Positions 27,270 to 36,559 are shown, numbered from the stretch's first letter. The stretch is 41,749 nucleotides of DNA from Alphaproteobacteria bacterium (GCA_031379795.1 JANNFM010000334.1:1-41749), one strand, 5' to 3'. The notes: generated from the sequence alone by a model not told the origin. Numbers and translations are program-made.

Positions 27270-28244
27270 ATGGAATTGATCGTCGTAGGCGCATTCCTGA
27301 TTCTGGCGCTCGTCGTGGCCCTCGGCGCCATCAAGATCGTACCGCAGGGCCGCGAGTTTACCGTCGAGACGTTTGGTCGCTACACGCGCACGCTGAAGCC
27401 GGGGATCAGCTTCCTGACCCCGTTTGTTGAAGGCATCGGTCGCAAGATCAACATGATGGAACAGGTGCTGGATGTGCCGCGCCAGGATGTGATCACCAAG
27501 GACAACGTCTCGGTCCAGGTGGACGCCATCGTGTTCATTCAGGTGATGGACGCTGCGGCGGCCGCCTATCGCGTGACCAATCTGGACTTCGCCATCACTC
27601 AGCTGACCATGACCAACCTGCGCACCGTGGTGGGCAATATGGAGCTGGACGAGGTCTTGTCCCAGCGCGACCAGATCAATACCCGGCTGCTGGACGTCAT
27701 CGACCAGGCGACCAGCCCCTGGGGCGTCAAGGTGGCGCGCATCGAGATCAAGGACCTGCAACCGCCGCCGGATATCACCAACGCCATGGCCCGCCAGATG
27801 AAGGCCGAGCGCGAGCGCCGCGCCGTGATCACCGAAGCCGATGGTGAAAAGCAGGCCGCCATCACCGTGGCAGAGGGCCAGAAGCAGGCGGCGATCCTGC
27901 AGGCCGAGGGCCGTCGTGAGGCCGCCTTCCGCGACGCCGAGGCGCGCGAGCGTTCCGCCGCCGCCGAGGCCAAGGCCACCGAACTGGTCTCTGATGCCAT
28001 CGCAGCCGGCGACGTCAACGCCATCAACTATTTCGTGGCCCAGAAGTATGTCGAGGCCTTCGGCAAGCTGGCCGAGAGCCCCAACCAGAAGATGGTGATC
28101 GTTCCCGCCGAGATGAGCGCGCTGGTCGGCACCATCGGCGGCATCGGCGAGCTGGTGAAAGCGATCGGCGCCGACACGCCCGTCGCACCCAGGCAACCGC
28201 CGCGTGCGCGCGGAGGTCCTGTCGTTCCGTCCTCGGGGGTCTGA
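27270..28244 (+). CDS. SPFH/band-7 protein (QmcA/paraslipin-like)
   Basis: GGAGG SD, N-terminal [30 protein letters not shown] and [13 protein letters not shown]. Confidence 0.95.
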   Translation: MELIVVGAFLILALVVALGAIKIVPQGREFTVETFGRYTRTLKPGISFLTPFVEGIGRKINMMEQVLDVPRQDVITKDNVSVQVDAIVFIQVMDAAAAAYRVTNLDFAITQLTMTNLRTVVGNMELDEVLSQRDQINTRLLDVIDQATSPWGVKVARIEIKDLQPPPDITNAMARQMKAERERRAVITEADGEKQAAITVAEGQKQAAILQAEGRREAAFRDAEARERSAAAEAKATELVSDAIAAGDVNAINYFVAQKYVEAFGKLAESPNQKMVIVPAEMSALVGTIGGIGELVKAIGADTPVAPRQPPRARGGPVVPSSGV

Positions 28245-28248
28245 GGCC

Positions 28249-28707
28249 ATGGATACTCTGGCAAGCGTCTATTATTCGCAGCCGATGTGGATCTGGGCGG
28301 GGCTGGCGGCGGGGTTGCTGGCCGTTGAAGTGCTGACGGGATCGGGGTGGCTGTTGTGGGTCGCGGCCTCAGCTGGCTTGACCGCCGTCGTCGTCGCCCT
28401 GGCCGGGACCAGCTTGCCAACTACGGTTTTGATCTTCGCCGTGTTGACGTTGATCTCGACCCTGGGGGTGCGCCGCTATCTGCCCCGTGGGGCGTCGACA
28501 GACGGGGATGACATCAACGACAATGTCGGCCGGATCGTCGGCCATCGCGGATCCTCGGTCAGTCCTTTCGTGGGCGGCATGGGTCGGGTTTCCATCGACG
28601 GCAAGGAGTGGGCGGCGCAACTTGTCGAGGGCGACGCGCTGGCGGTCGGGACATCGGTAGAGGTCACGGGTGTTGATGGCTCTCAATTGAAAGTGCGCGG
28701 TTGCTGA
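28249..28707 (+). CDS. Short NfeD-family protein (YbbJ-like)
   Basis: TM segment W...A..LLAVE followed by an OB-fold-like GRVSIDGKEWAA...VEVTGVDG; downstream of the SPFH gene. Confidence 0.9.
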   Translation: MDTLASVYYSQPMWIWAGLAAGLLAVEVLTGSGWLLWVAASAGLTAVVVALAGTSLPTTVLIFAVLTLISTLGVRRYLPRGASTDGDDINDNVGRIVGHRGSSVSPFVGGMGRVSIDGKEWAAQLVEGDALAVGTSVEVTGVDGSQLKVRGC

Positions 28708-28759
28708 CGTCACGGTCTCCAGTAAGGAAGTCATAGTTCGGCCCGCATCCATGGGTAGC

Positions 28760-28789
28760 TTGACCCCGGGTGCCGCTCCGCGCTTATGT
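28760..28789 (+). promoter_or_regulatory. Putative sigma70-type promoter of the Cys-rich repeat gene
   Basis: TTGACC-N16-GCTTATGT upstream of a GAGGAG SD. Confidence 0.4.
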
Positions 28790-28835
28790 GCCCGCAAAAT
28801 CACGACCCCAGGTCATGACCGAGGAGAAGACATTG

Positions 28836-30161
28836 GTGAAGACGCCCAGAGCATTCGGGTTGGCGCTGGCCCTCATGGCCGCGCTGATGGTCCCGGCAAC
28901 CGCCATTTCCCAGGCCAAGAAGCCGGCGGCTGCAGCGGCTATCCCGCCCGCGGCGATCAAGGCCGGCATGGCCAAGGCGCCGGCTGTCGCCCAGGCCGCG
29001 GGCCTGCCTTGCCAGGTGTCCGAGGCACGTCTGGTCGGCGAGGACAAGAAGGCCAAGGTTTCCTATTACGAAGTCGCATGTGGTGCGGGCGCCATGGGCT
29101 ACATCCTGCAGGCTCCGGCGGAGGGTACGCCCACCGTATTCAGCTGTGTCGAAGCCAACACGCCGCCGGCCCCGGGCCAGCCGCCCTCGGCGCCGTGCAT
29201 GCTTCCGGGGAACGCCGACCCCAAGGCCCTGCTCATGCCGATGATGAAGACGGCGGGGGTCGATTGCCTGCCCGAACAGGCACGCGGGATCGGCCAGACC
29301 AAGGCCAACACCTACGTCGAGGTCGCCTGTCAGGGGGGCGCAGGCTATATTCTGGTGGCCAGCGCGCCCTTTGAGACCACCAAGCCCGCACAGGCCCAGA
29401 ACTGCCTGATGTATGATGGCTCGGAGTCCAATCTGAAGTGCGTGATCAACGACAAAGTCGCGCGCATGCTGATCGTGGACAAGTATGCCGCAGCGGCCAA
29501 CAACGGCTGCACCGTCAAGGATCGCCGCTTCGTCGGGACCGCGAAGGACAATTCAACCTACTACGAAGCCGCCTGTGAAGGCGGGAAGGGCTATATCTAC
29601 AAGGCCGCCGCGTCGGGTGCCCTGTCCGAGACATTTGAGTGCGCCAAGGCAACCCAGATCCTCGGGGGCTGCGAACTGACAGACGCGCGCGAGGCGCTGA
29701 CCGAACAGGCCGCACTCTATACAAAACTGGCCAAGGCCGCCGGCGCGACCTGTGACGTCACGCGCTATGCGTTGTTCCCGCCGAAGGCTGGCGAGGAAGA
29801 TGTCGAGATGCTCTGCAAGGACGGCACCGGCATGATTGGTATCTTCCGGGCTCCGGGAAAGCCGAGCCTGGCTGTCGACTGCGCCCGCGCACCGATCACC
29901 GGGTTCAAATGCTCACTGACCAAGACGGTTGATCTCGCCGTCTATACGGCCGACCTGAAGAAGAACAACGTCAACTCGTGCGTCGTGTCGGACACCCGGC
30001 TGGTCGGCAAGAACGAGCAGGGCAACACCTATGTCGAGGTGGCCTGCGCGGACAAACTGAAGGGCTATGTGATCGAGTATCAGGTCACGACAGCGGTGAC
30101 GGCGGTCAAGGCGACGGGCTGCGCGTTCGCGGGCAACTGCAAGCTGCCCACCAACAGCTGA
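28836..30161 (+). CDS. Secreted hypothetical protein with five tandem four-cysteine repeats
   Basis: GAGGAG SD and GTG 28836, signal peptide, strong GC3 bias, recurring C-x-V...R.VG...Y[YV]EVAC..G.GY[IV] unit, own terminator. Confidence 0.9.
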   Translation: MKTPRAFGLALALMAALMVPATAISQAKKPAAAAAIPPAAIKAGMAKAPAVAQAAGLPCQVSEARLVGEDKKAKVSYYEVACGAGAMGYILQAPAEGTPTVFSCVEANTPPAPGQPPSAPCMLPGNADPKALLMPMMKTAGVDCLPEQARGIGQTKANTYVEVACQGGAGYILVASAPFETTKPAQAQNCLMYDGSESNLKCVINDKVARMLIVDKYAAAANNGCTVKDRRFVGTAKDNSTYYEAACEGGKGYIYKAAASGALSETFECAKATQILGGCELTDAREALTEQAALYTKLAKAAGATCDVTRYALFPPKAGEEDVEMLCKDGTGMIGIFRAPGKPSLAVDCARAPITGFKCSLTKTVDLAVYTADLKKNNVNSCVVSDTRLVGKNEQGNTYVEVACADKLKGYVIEYQVTTAVTAVKATGCAFAGNCKLPTNS

Positions 30162-30182
30162 TCGGTCACCATCGGAACGACG

Positions 30183-30212
30183 AAGGCCCGCGGAGCGATC
30201 CGCGGGCCTTTT
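30183..30212. terminator. Rho-independent terminator, probably bidirectional
   Basis: AAGGCCCGCGGA-GCGA-TCCGCGGGCCTT-TT: 12-bp perfect stem with a GNRA loop, between convergent genes. Confidence 0.88.
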
Positions 30213-30236
30213 CCGTACGGCGCTACGTGAAGGTCG

Positions 30237-31778
30237 TCACATCGCCGCTTCGATGAACATTGGCCCGCGCTGGTTCATCGCGCCGGCAAAGGCCTTGTCG
30301 AATTCCTCGGCGGTGGTGCAGCGGAGGGTGGGCAGTCTCATCCCCTTGGCCAGGGACACCCAGTCCACCTTGGGATCGTCCAGATCGAGCAGCTTGCGGG
30401 CCGATGGCCCCGCTTTTCCGGCGCCGGTGCGCTGCATCTCGATGTTGAGGATCCGGTAGCTGTGGTTGGCGAAGATCACCACGGTGATGTCGAGGTTCTC
30501 CCGCGCCATCGTCCATAGCGCCTGCACCGTGTACATGGCCGCGCCGTCGCCGTTCAGGGACAGCACCTTGCGATCCGGCGCCGCCACCGCAGCCCCGATG
30601 GCCAGCGGCAGGCCGATGCCAATGGCGCCTCCGGTCAGGGCCAGTACATCATGCGGACGGGCGCTCAGCGTCGCCGCCGCGACCCCGGCGCCCGACGTCA
30701 CGGCGTCGTCGCAGATGATCGCGCCCTCGGGCATGTGACGGGCAATGGACGTTCCGATCAGGTGAGCATTCAGCGCACCCGAAGGCGCCGCATCGGGTAG
30801 CACGAGGGGCTGGGTCGGCCCCTGTTTTGGCGCGCCCAATGCGTCGGCCAGCGCGCCCAGGCCAGTGACGGAATCCTCGGCGCGCTCCGCCAGTGTCAGG
30901 GTGGCGCACCCCTCCGGGACCAGCACGCTGGGACGGTCGGGATAGGCGAAGAAGGCCACCGGCATGGTCGTGCCGGCGAACACCATCAGGTCGGTGCCCT
31001 CCAGTTCCGCGAGCGCCAGTTCGCCGAAGTACTGCATCTTCTTCGGCGCAAAACCGCCGGCGCCGCGCGGCTGCCGGGCGACAAAGGTGTCGGTATAGAC
31101 GGTCACGCCCACCGCACTCAGCCGCCCCGCTTCATGGATCGCCTCGGCGCTGCAGGCCTGACCGCCCAGCAGGATCACGGGCTTCCTGGCCGCCTTGATG
31201 GCGCGCGCAGCGGCTTCGACCGCCTGGCTGGACGGCGCGGGTCGCACCGGAATCTGGGCGATCACCGGCTCGCCGCTGGCCGGAAGCCATGCCGAATCGG
31301 CGGGCAGGATCAGGCTGACCGGGCCGCCGGGCGGGCCACAGCTGGCGGCCACGGCTTCGGCGGCCAGGCTGGCCACGGTGTCGGCGCTGTCGGCGGACTT
31401 CGCCCAGATCGAATTGGGCTTCACCAAGGTGGCGATGTCGGAGTTCAACGGCGCATCGTACTGGCGGTGATAGGTGGCATGGTCGCCCACCACATTCACA
31501 ATCGGCGTATAGGCGCGCCGGGCATTGTGCAGATTGGCCACCCCGTTGCCGTAGCCCGGACCCAGGTGCAGCAGCGTGCACGCCGGCTTGCCCGCGATGC
31601 GACCATATCCATCCGCCGCCCCCGTCGCCACGCCCTCGAACTGGCAGAGCACCGGCCGCATGGCAGGCACGCCGTCGAGGGCTGCCACGAACTGCATCTC
31701 CGAGGTGCCAGGGTTGGCGAAGCAGGCGGTGACCTCATTGGCCACCAGGGTCGCGATCAGGGCGTCGGCGCCGTTCAT
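30237..31778 (-). CDS. Thiamine-diphosphate-dependent enzyme (acetolactate synthase large subunit-like)
   Basis: CFANPGTSEM, FEGVATGAADGY, TLLHLGPG and the TPP-binding GDGAAMY...N motif. Confidence 0.9.
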   Translation of the reverse strand: MNGADALIATLVANEVTACFANPGTSEMQFVAALDGVPAMRPVLCQFEGVATGAADGYGRIAGKPACTLLHLGPGYGNGVANLHNARRAYTPIVNVVGDHATYHRQYDAPLNSDIATLVKPNSIWAKSADSADTVASLAAEAVAASCGPPGGPVSLILPADSAWLPASGEPVIAQIPVRPAPSSQAVEAAARAIKAARKPVILLGGQACSAEAIHEAGRLSAVGVTVYTDTFVARQPRGAGGFAPKKMQYFGELALAELEGTDLMVFAGTTMPVAFFAYPDRPSVLVPEGCATLTLAERAEDSVTGLGALADALGAPKQGPTQPLVLPDAAPSGALNAHLIGTSIARHMPEGAIICDDAVTSGAGVAAATLSARPHDVLALTGGAIGIGLPLAIGAAVAAPDRKVLSLNGDGAAMYTVQALWTMARENLDITVVIFANHSYRILNIEMQRTGAGKAGPSARKLLDLDDPKVDWVSLAKGMRLPTLRCTTAEEFDKAFAGAMNQRGPMFIEAAM

Positions 31779-33554
31779 CTAGAACACCATCACATCTTGA
31801 GGGGCGGGGTTGGCGAACAGGCGCGTTACGGCGTCTGCATATCGGGTTCGGGCGAGGCTCTGGGCGATATAGCCCTTGTCGGTGATCTCGCCGGTATTCG
31901 GATCCGGCGGACCTGGCAGAACCAGAGCGCGGCTCACCTTGCCCCCAGAGCCTTTGGCGTGGGCGTTGTGGGCGGTCAGGCCCGTCCGGACCGCAGCCTC
32001 GATCTGGCTGCGCGCTATCGTTGGGTTCGGATAGAGCAACAGGCCCACGGTCTCCTCGCCCTCACCACAGACCACCGCGTCGGTGACCGCATCGCCGATT
32101 GCGCCGATGGCGTCCAGCCGCAGTTCGCCCACGCCCACGAACGTGCCGGACACCAGCTTGAAGTTTTCGGAGACGCGGCCATCGAAGATCATTCCGGCCT
32201 TCGGGTCGTTTGCGTCCACAAAGCGGGCGGCGTCGCCCACCTTGTAGAAGCCCTCCGCATCGCGGGACGCCGCTGACAGCTCGGGCTGACCCAGATAACC
32301 CTGAGAGACCTGCGGCCCCTTGACCCGGAACTCCAGCTTGCCCGCCGTGGGCACCAACCGCACCGAAGTGCCCGGCAGCGGCAGCCCGATCATCCCCATC
32401 CGCGCGTTCGGCCAGTGGACATTGCAGGCGGTTGGCCCGGTCTCGGTGGCGCCATACCCCGAGCCAAAACTGATGCGTTGGCCGATGGTCCGCACCGCGA
32501 CCGCCTGGATCCGGTCCGCCGTCGCCTGGCCCAGTGCCGCGCCGCCATACTGCATCAGGCGAACGCGCTCAAAGAAGGTGCGCGCCAGCTGGTCGTCGCC
32601 CTCCAGCGCCTCGGCAAACAGCATCCAGGCTGCGGGGACCATGTTCTGATAGGTCGGCGAAATTTCCTTCAGGTTGCGCACCGTCTCGCCAAATCTCGCC
32701 GCCGTGGGCTGGCCCGCGTCGATATAGACTGTGCCGCCGCGCCGCGCCGCCATGTGCAGGATCGCATTGCCCCCCAGGCTGTGGCTCCAGGGCGCGGAGT
32801 GGACCATCACCGGCGGATCGGGATCGTCGAAACAGGCCGCAATCTGGGCGGCGTTGATGCTCATGCCATAGTGGGTGCAGATCACCGCCTTGGGCAGGCC
32901 GGTGGAGCCGGAGGTCAGCAGGTATTTGGCGTGCTGTTCGGGCTTGGCCGTGGGGTCAGCCGAGCCCTCGCCGTACAGGCGCTCAAGGGGGACTTTCGAT
33001 GCGCGTGGATTGAGCCCGGCGATCACCGGCAGACCGGCCAGCGCGTCCGCCGACAATCCATCGGCAAACAGCCCGGCGTCCTCCACATAGACCGCTGCCG
33101 GATTCAGCACCTGACAGGCGTGGGTCAGGCGCGCCAGATTTGCGCCGGGCAGGCCGTACTGCGGCGACACAGGCGCCACCGGCATCCCCTGGCTCATGGC
33201 GGCATAGGTGATCAACGCGTGGTCAATATTGTTCCGCGCCAGGATCAGCAGCGGGCGGTCGCCCACGATCCCCAGGCTCCGCAGCCCTGCCGCCAGCGCT
33301 GTAACCCGCTGCCAGGCCTCGGCAAACGACAGGGTCCGCCAGCCCTCGCCGGAGCGTTCCGCAAGCCACAGCCGGGTAGGCGCGGCCCCCGCCCAATGGG
33401 CGAGCGATTGGGTCGTCGTCTGATGGTCTTGCGAAAAGGGTGTCGGATTGAACAGGACAAACTCGCCGCCCGCTCGCGCCTGAACCTCCAGGCGTCGCGG
33501 CGCATAAAGCGGATCGCGGAACGGGGCGGTGGCGGGGAGAAGCTCGGCGTCCAT
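31779..33554 (-). CDS. Feruloyl-CoA synthetase-like AMP-binding acyl-CoA ligase
   Basis: LTSGSTGLPKAV, GYGATET, FYKVGDA, FDGRVSENFKL.SGTFV and GEITDKGYI.Q; probable ATG at 33554. Confidence 0.88.
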   Translation of the reverse strand: MDAELLPATAPFRDPLYAPRRLEVQARAGGEFVLFNPTPFSQDHQTTTQSLAHWAGAAPTRLWLAERSGEGWRTLSFAEAWQRVTALAAGLRSLGIVGDRPLLILARNNIDHALITYAAMSQGMPVAPVSPQYGLPGANLARLTHACQVLNPAAVYVEDAGLFADGLSADALAGLPVIAGLNPRASKVPLERLYGEGSADPTAKPEQHAKYLLTSGSTGLPKAVICTHYGMSINAAQIAACFDDPDPPVMVHSAPWSHSLGGNAILHMAARRGGTVYIDAGQPTAARFGETVRNLKEISPTYQNMVPAAWMLFAEALEGDDQLARTFFERVRLMQYGGAALGQATADRIQAVAVRTIGQRISFGSGYGATETGPTACNVHWPNARMGMIGLPLPGTSVRLVPTAGKLEFRVKGPQVSQGYLGQPELSAASRDAEGFYKVGDAARFVDANDPKAGMIFDGRVSENFKLVSGTFVGVGELRLDAIGAIGDAVTDAVVCGEGEETVGLLLYPNPTIARSQIEAAVRTGLTAHNAHAKGSGGKVSRALVLPGPPDPNTGEITDKGYIAQSLARTRYADAVTRLFANPAPQDVMVF

Positions 33555-33654
33555 CCGTCGAGGGTTACGGGCGCGGTGCGAAAAAGGGAAGCCCACGGAC
33601 TGTTTTCAGATCCAAACGACCGCTAGGGTTCCGGACCCTCAGGGAGCAGACCTC

Positions 33655-34218
33655 ATGGCCAGTCCGGTAAAGTTCGCGCACGTCGTCTATCAGACCCGGC
33701 GATACGACGAGATGATCGCTTGGTACGAAGACGTGTTCGAGGCCCGGGTCGTGCACCAGGACCCCGCGCTGGCCTTCCTGACCTACGATGACGAGCATCA
33801 CCGGTTTGCGTTTGCCAACCTCAATGTCCTGAAGCCTGACGGTGGCGATGGGCGGGGTGAGGTCGGTGTCAATCACGTCGCCTATACCTACGCCAGTGTG
33901 GGCGACCTGCTGGACACCTATCGGCGGCTCAAGGGCAGGGGGATCGTGCCGTACTGGCCGATCCACCATGGGTTCACGGTGTCGCTCTACTACCGGGACC
34001 CGGACGGCAATCGCATGGAGTTTCAGGTCGACAGCTGTACGGCTGCGGAAGCCGAAGCCTTCATGCGGACCGACGCATTCGCCGGGAATCCCATCGGTGT
34101 CACCTTCGACCCCGATGACTTGCTTGCGCAGTACGAGCGTGGCGCGCCCCCTGCAGACCTGCTGAGTTCGCCGAAGGGGCCGCCATCGGCCATTCCTGCA
34201 GCGCACGGGCTGACCTGA
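33655..34218 (+). CDS. VOC/glyoxalase-fold protein
   Basis: FAHVV, FLTYDDEHHR, GVNHVAY, HG.TVSLYYRDPDGNRMEFQVD; GGGAG SD before ATG 33655. Confidence 0.88.
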   Translation: MASPVKFAHVVYQTRRYDEMIAWYEDVFEARVVHQDPALAFLTYDDEHHRFAFANLNVLKPDGGDGRGEVGVNHVAYTYASVGDLLDTYRRLKGRGIVPYWPIHHGFTVSLYYRDPDGNRMEFQVDSCTAAEAEAFMRTDAFAGNPIGVTFDPDDLLAQYERGAPPADLLSSPKGPPSAIPAAHGLT

Positions 34219-34227
34219 GGTGTCGAT

Positions 34228-35457
34228 CTAATCCGACACGGCCTCGCGCCACTTTTCCTCGAGGTACAGGCGCTCGGCGGGTGCAGGGTTCATAGCCAGG
34301 GCGGCTGCGTACGCCGTCGCCGCCTGCGCGTGCCGGCCAGCCCTGACGCTCAGGGCGGCCAGCGCGGCCTGGAACGGCAGCCAGCCGTCCATCCCCTTGA
34401 TCCGGGCCAGTTCGGCGAGGCCGGCGTCGGGGCTGATGGCCGCGCCGATGGCCACAGCGCGGTTTACCTGCGTCGCGGTGTGAGGCCGCAGAAGTGCCAG
34501 GCTGTCATAGAGACTGACGATAGTTGACCAGTCGGTGCGTCCGGTTTCGGCGCGGGCGCAGTGCGTCGCGTGAATGGCCGCCAGGATCTGATGCGGTCCG
34601 GTCCGCCCCAGCGCGGCAGCGCGACGTAGCAGGACCACCGCCTCGACGATCAGCCGCGCGTCCCACAGCGACATGTCCTGCTGGTCCAGCGGCGTCATCC
34701 GGCCCACGCCGTCCACCCGCGCCGGACGCCGCGCCTCGGCCAGCCGGATGGTTGCCGCCAGACCCAGCACCTCGGGTTCGCCCGGCATCAGTTCTGCCAG
34801 CAGGCCCGACAGGCGCAGCGTCTCACCCGCCAGACCCGCCGCATCGTCTGTCCCGGCCGCATCCTCGTAGGCCTGCGCAAAGGCCACCTCCAGTGCACCC
34901 AGCACGGCCTGCGTCCGCTCCGGCCAGGCCGCCGGTTCGGGAACCTCGAACGGAATTTTCGACTCGCGAATCTTGCGTTTGGCCCGGGTCAGCCGCTGGA
35001 TCATGGCCGTCTCGGTGGTCAGAAACGCGCGGGCCAGTCGCTCCACCGGCACGCCGAACAAGGTCCGCAACGTCAGCGCGATGCGCGCGTCCACCGCCAG
35101 TGCCGGGTGACAGCAGGTAAAGATCAGCCGCAGGCGCTCGTCCGGGATCGGTTCAAAGGCTGCCAGCACCAGATCCTCGGGCGTGGCTTCGGGCTCGGGC
35201 ACGGGCGGGCGGTAAGCCCCGCGCACCCGGGCGCGCCGACCCAGGTCATAGGCCCGGCGCAACGCCACCGCGTAAAGCCAGGCACCATAGTCACGGGGCG
35301 GCGCGTGGCCCTTGGCCTCCGCCGCCTGGGCGCAGGCGAACGCGAAGGCCTCCTCGGCGATGTCGAAATCACGGAAACGGGCGGCCAGCGCCGTCGTAAT
35401 CCGGCCGCCCGCCTCGCGAACCGCCTGCGCCAGTCTGCTGTCCGACCCCGCCATCAC
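34228..35457 (-). CDS. ECF sigma factor with long C-terminal TPR-like extension (ECF42-like)
   Basis: DFDIAEEA, AWLY.VA.RRA.D..RR, IPDERLRLIFTCCHPAL, ALTLR, QRLTRAKRKI and LNRAVA-like motif; downstream of a YciI gene. Confidence 0.9.
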   Translation of the reverse strand: MMAGSDSRLAQAVREAGGRITTALAARFRDFDIAEEAFAFACAQAAEAKGHAPPRDYGAWLYAVALRRAYDLGRRARVRGAYRPPVPEPEATPEDLVLAAFEPIPDERLRLIFTCCHPALAVDARIALTLRTLFGVPVERLARAFLTTETAMIQRLTRAKRKIRESKIPFEVPEPAAWPERTQAVLGALEVAFAQAYEDAAGTDDAAGLAGETLRLSGLLAELMPGEPEVLGLAATIRLAEARRPARVDGVGRMTPLDQQDMSLWDARLIVEAVVLLRRAAALGRTGPHQILAAIHATHCARAETGRTDWSTIVSLYDSLALLRPHTATQVNRAVAIGAAISPDAGLAELARIKGMDGWLPFQAALAALSVRAGRHAQAATAYAAALAMNPAPAERLYLEEKWREAVSD

Positions 35458-35460
35458 ACC

Positions 35461-35802
35461 TCAGTAGGTCATCAGCGGGCGAACCTCGACCCCACCCCCG
35501 GTCGGGACCGGAACCTGCTTGGCCCACGCCAGCGCTGCATCCAGGTCGGCCACATCGATCAGGTAATAGCCGCCCAGCTGTTCGCGGGTCTCCGCATACG
35601 GGCCGTCGTGCAGGCTCTGGCCTGCGTCTGTGGTCCGTACCGTCGTCGCAGTCTCGGAGGGTTGCAGCCCGTCCCCGGCCACCATCACCCCCTTTTCCCG
35701 CATCTCGGCCGCCAGCCGCATATGGGCGGCGACCACCTCCTGTAACGCCTGCGGCGCGGCGTTGGCGTTCTCGTCCTCGTAGATCAACAACATGTACTGC
35801 AT
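35461..35802 (-). CDS. YciI/DGPF-family protein
   Basis: MQYMLLIY, ATTVR, DGPYAETREQLGGYYLIDV and GGVEVRP; GGGAG SD; ATG 35802. Confidence 0.92.
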   Translation of the reverse strand: MQYMLLIYEDENANAAPQALQEVVAAHMRLAAEMREKGVMVAGDGLQPSETATTVRTTDAGQSLHDGPYAETREQLGGYYLIDVADLDAALAWAKQVPVPTGGGVEVRPLMTY

Positions 35803-35947
35803 GTCTCTGTGTCTCCCGTTCCTGTGAGATTGCGCGACGCAAACGCCTGCGTCACCCCGAGAGACGCGCCAGCGACAGCGGATTGGACCGGCACCCGTGG
35901 ATTTTTCGCCATGTCGTGGTAGTTTCAACGCGGAAGGAAGTGCTCCC

Positions 35948-36205
35948 ATGCGCCTCGAACTGCCCCCGGAACTGGAAACCATCGTGGATGAGGCCGTGCG
36001 GTCAGGTCGCTACGCGTCCCCGACTGACGTGGTCCGCGAGGCGCTCTCTCGCCTGGATGATGACGAGGCCGGGTTCCGGGCGCTGAAGCGCGAGATCGAG
36101 AAGGGCGCGAACAGTCCGGTCATTGATCAGCCAATCGGCGAGATCTTCGCCGAAATTAAAAGCGTGGGTCGTTCGGCATTGGCGGCTCGACGCGCCGCAG
36201 AATGA
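35948..36205 (+). CDS. parD: ParD-type antitoxin (RHH, CC2985-like)
   Basis: LPPELE..VDEAV.SGRYAS.TDVVREAL pattern; ATGA coupling to the toxin gene. Confidence 0.88.
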   Translation: MRLELPPELETIVDEAVRSGRYASPTDVVREALSRLDDDEAGFRALKREIEKGANSPVIDQPIGEIFAEIKSVGRSALAARRAAE

Positions 36206-36489
36206 TCGTTCGTCTTGCAGGCGCGGCGCGGGACGATCTCCTGGAAATCTGGCGACACATAGCGCGGGACAGTGTTGCTGCTGCCGAGCGTCAGCTCGAC
36301 CGCCTGGAGACCGCCATCGGCCGGCTCGCTGACTTTCCCGATATCGGACTGGCTCGTATCGATCTGGGCAAGGACCTGCGGATGCTGAGGGTCGACCGCT
36401 ATGCAATTTTCTATCGTCGACGGGATCGACGCCTGATCGTTGAGCGCATTCTCCACGCCAGCCGTCACACGGACTCCATGCGCTTCTAA
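36202..36489 (+). CDS. parE: ParE/RelE-family toxin
   Basis: AARDDLLEIWRHIA.DS..AA, LADFPDIG..R, YAIFYR and IVERILH. Confidence 0.9.
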   Translation: MIVRLAGAARDDLLEIWRHIARDSVAAAERQLDRLETAIGRLADFPDIGLARIDLGKDLRMLRVDRYAIFYRRRDRRLIVERILHASRHTDSMRF

Positions 36490-36559
36490 CTCGCCTTGCG
36501 CTTCTGCGAGCCGTGTCGGCTGGCCCAGGCCGCCCGCCATCGCAGCAGGGTCGTCGGTT

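Noticed and set aside
23294-36489. Two TA modules as evidence of a prophage, ICE or defence island
   Set aside because: The intervening genes are ordinary chromosomal genes; there are no phage, conjugation, integrase or restriction genes and no clear compositional boundary.
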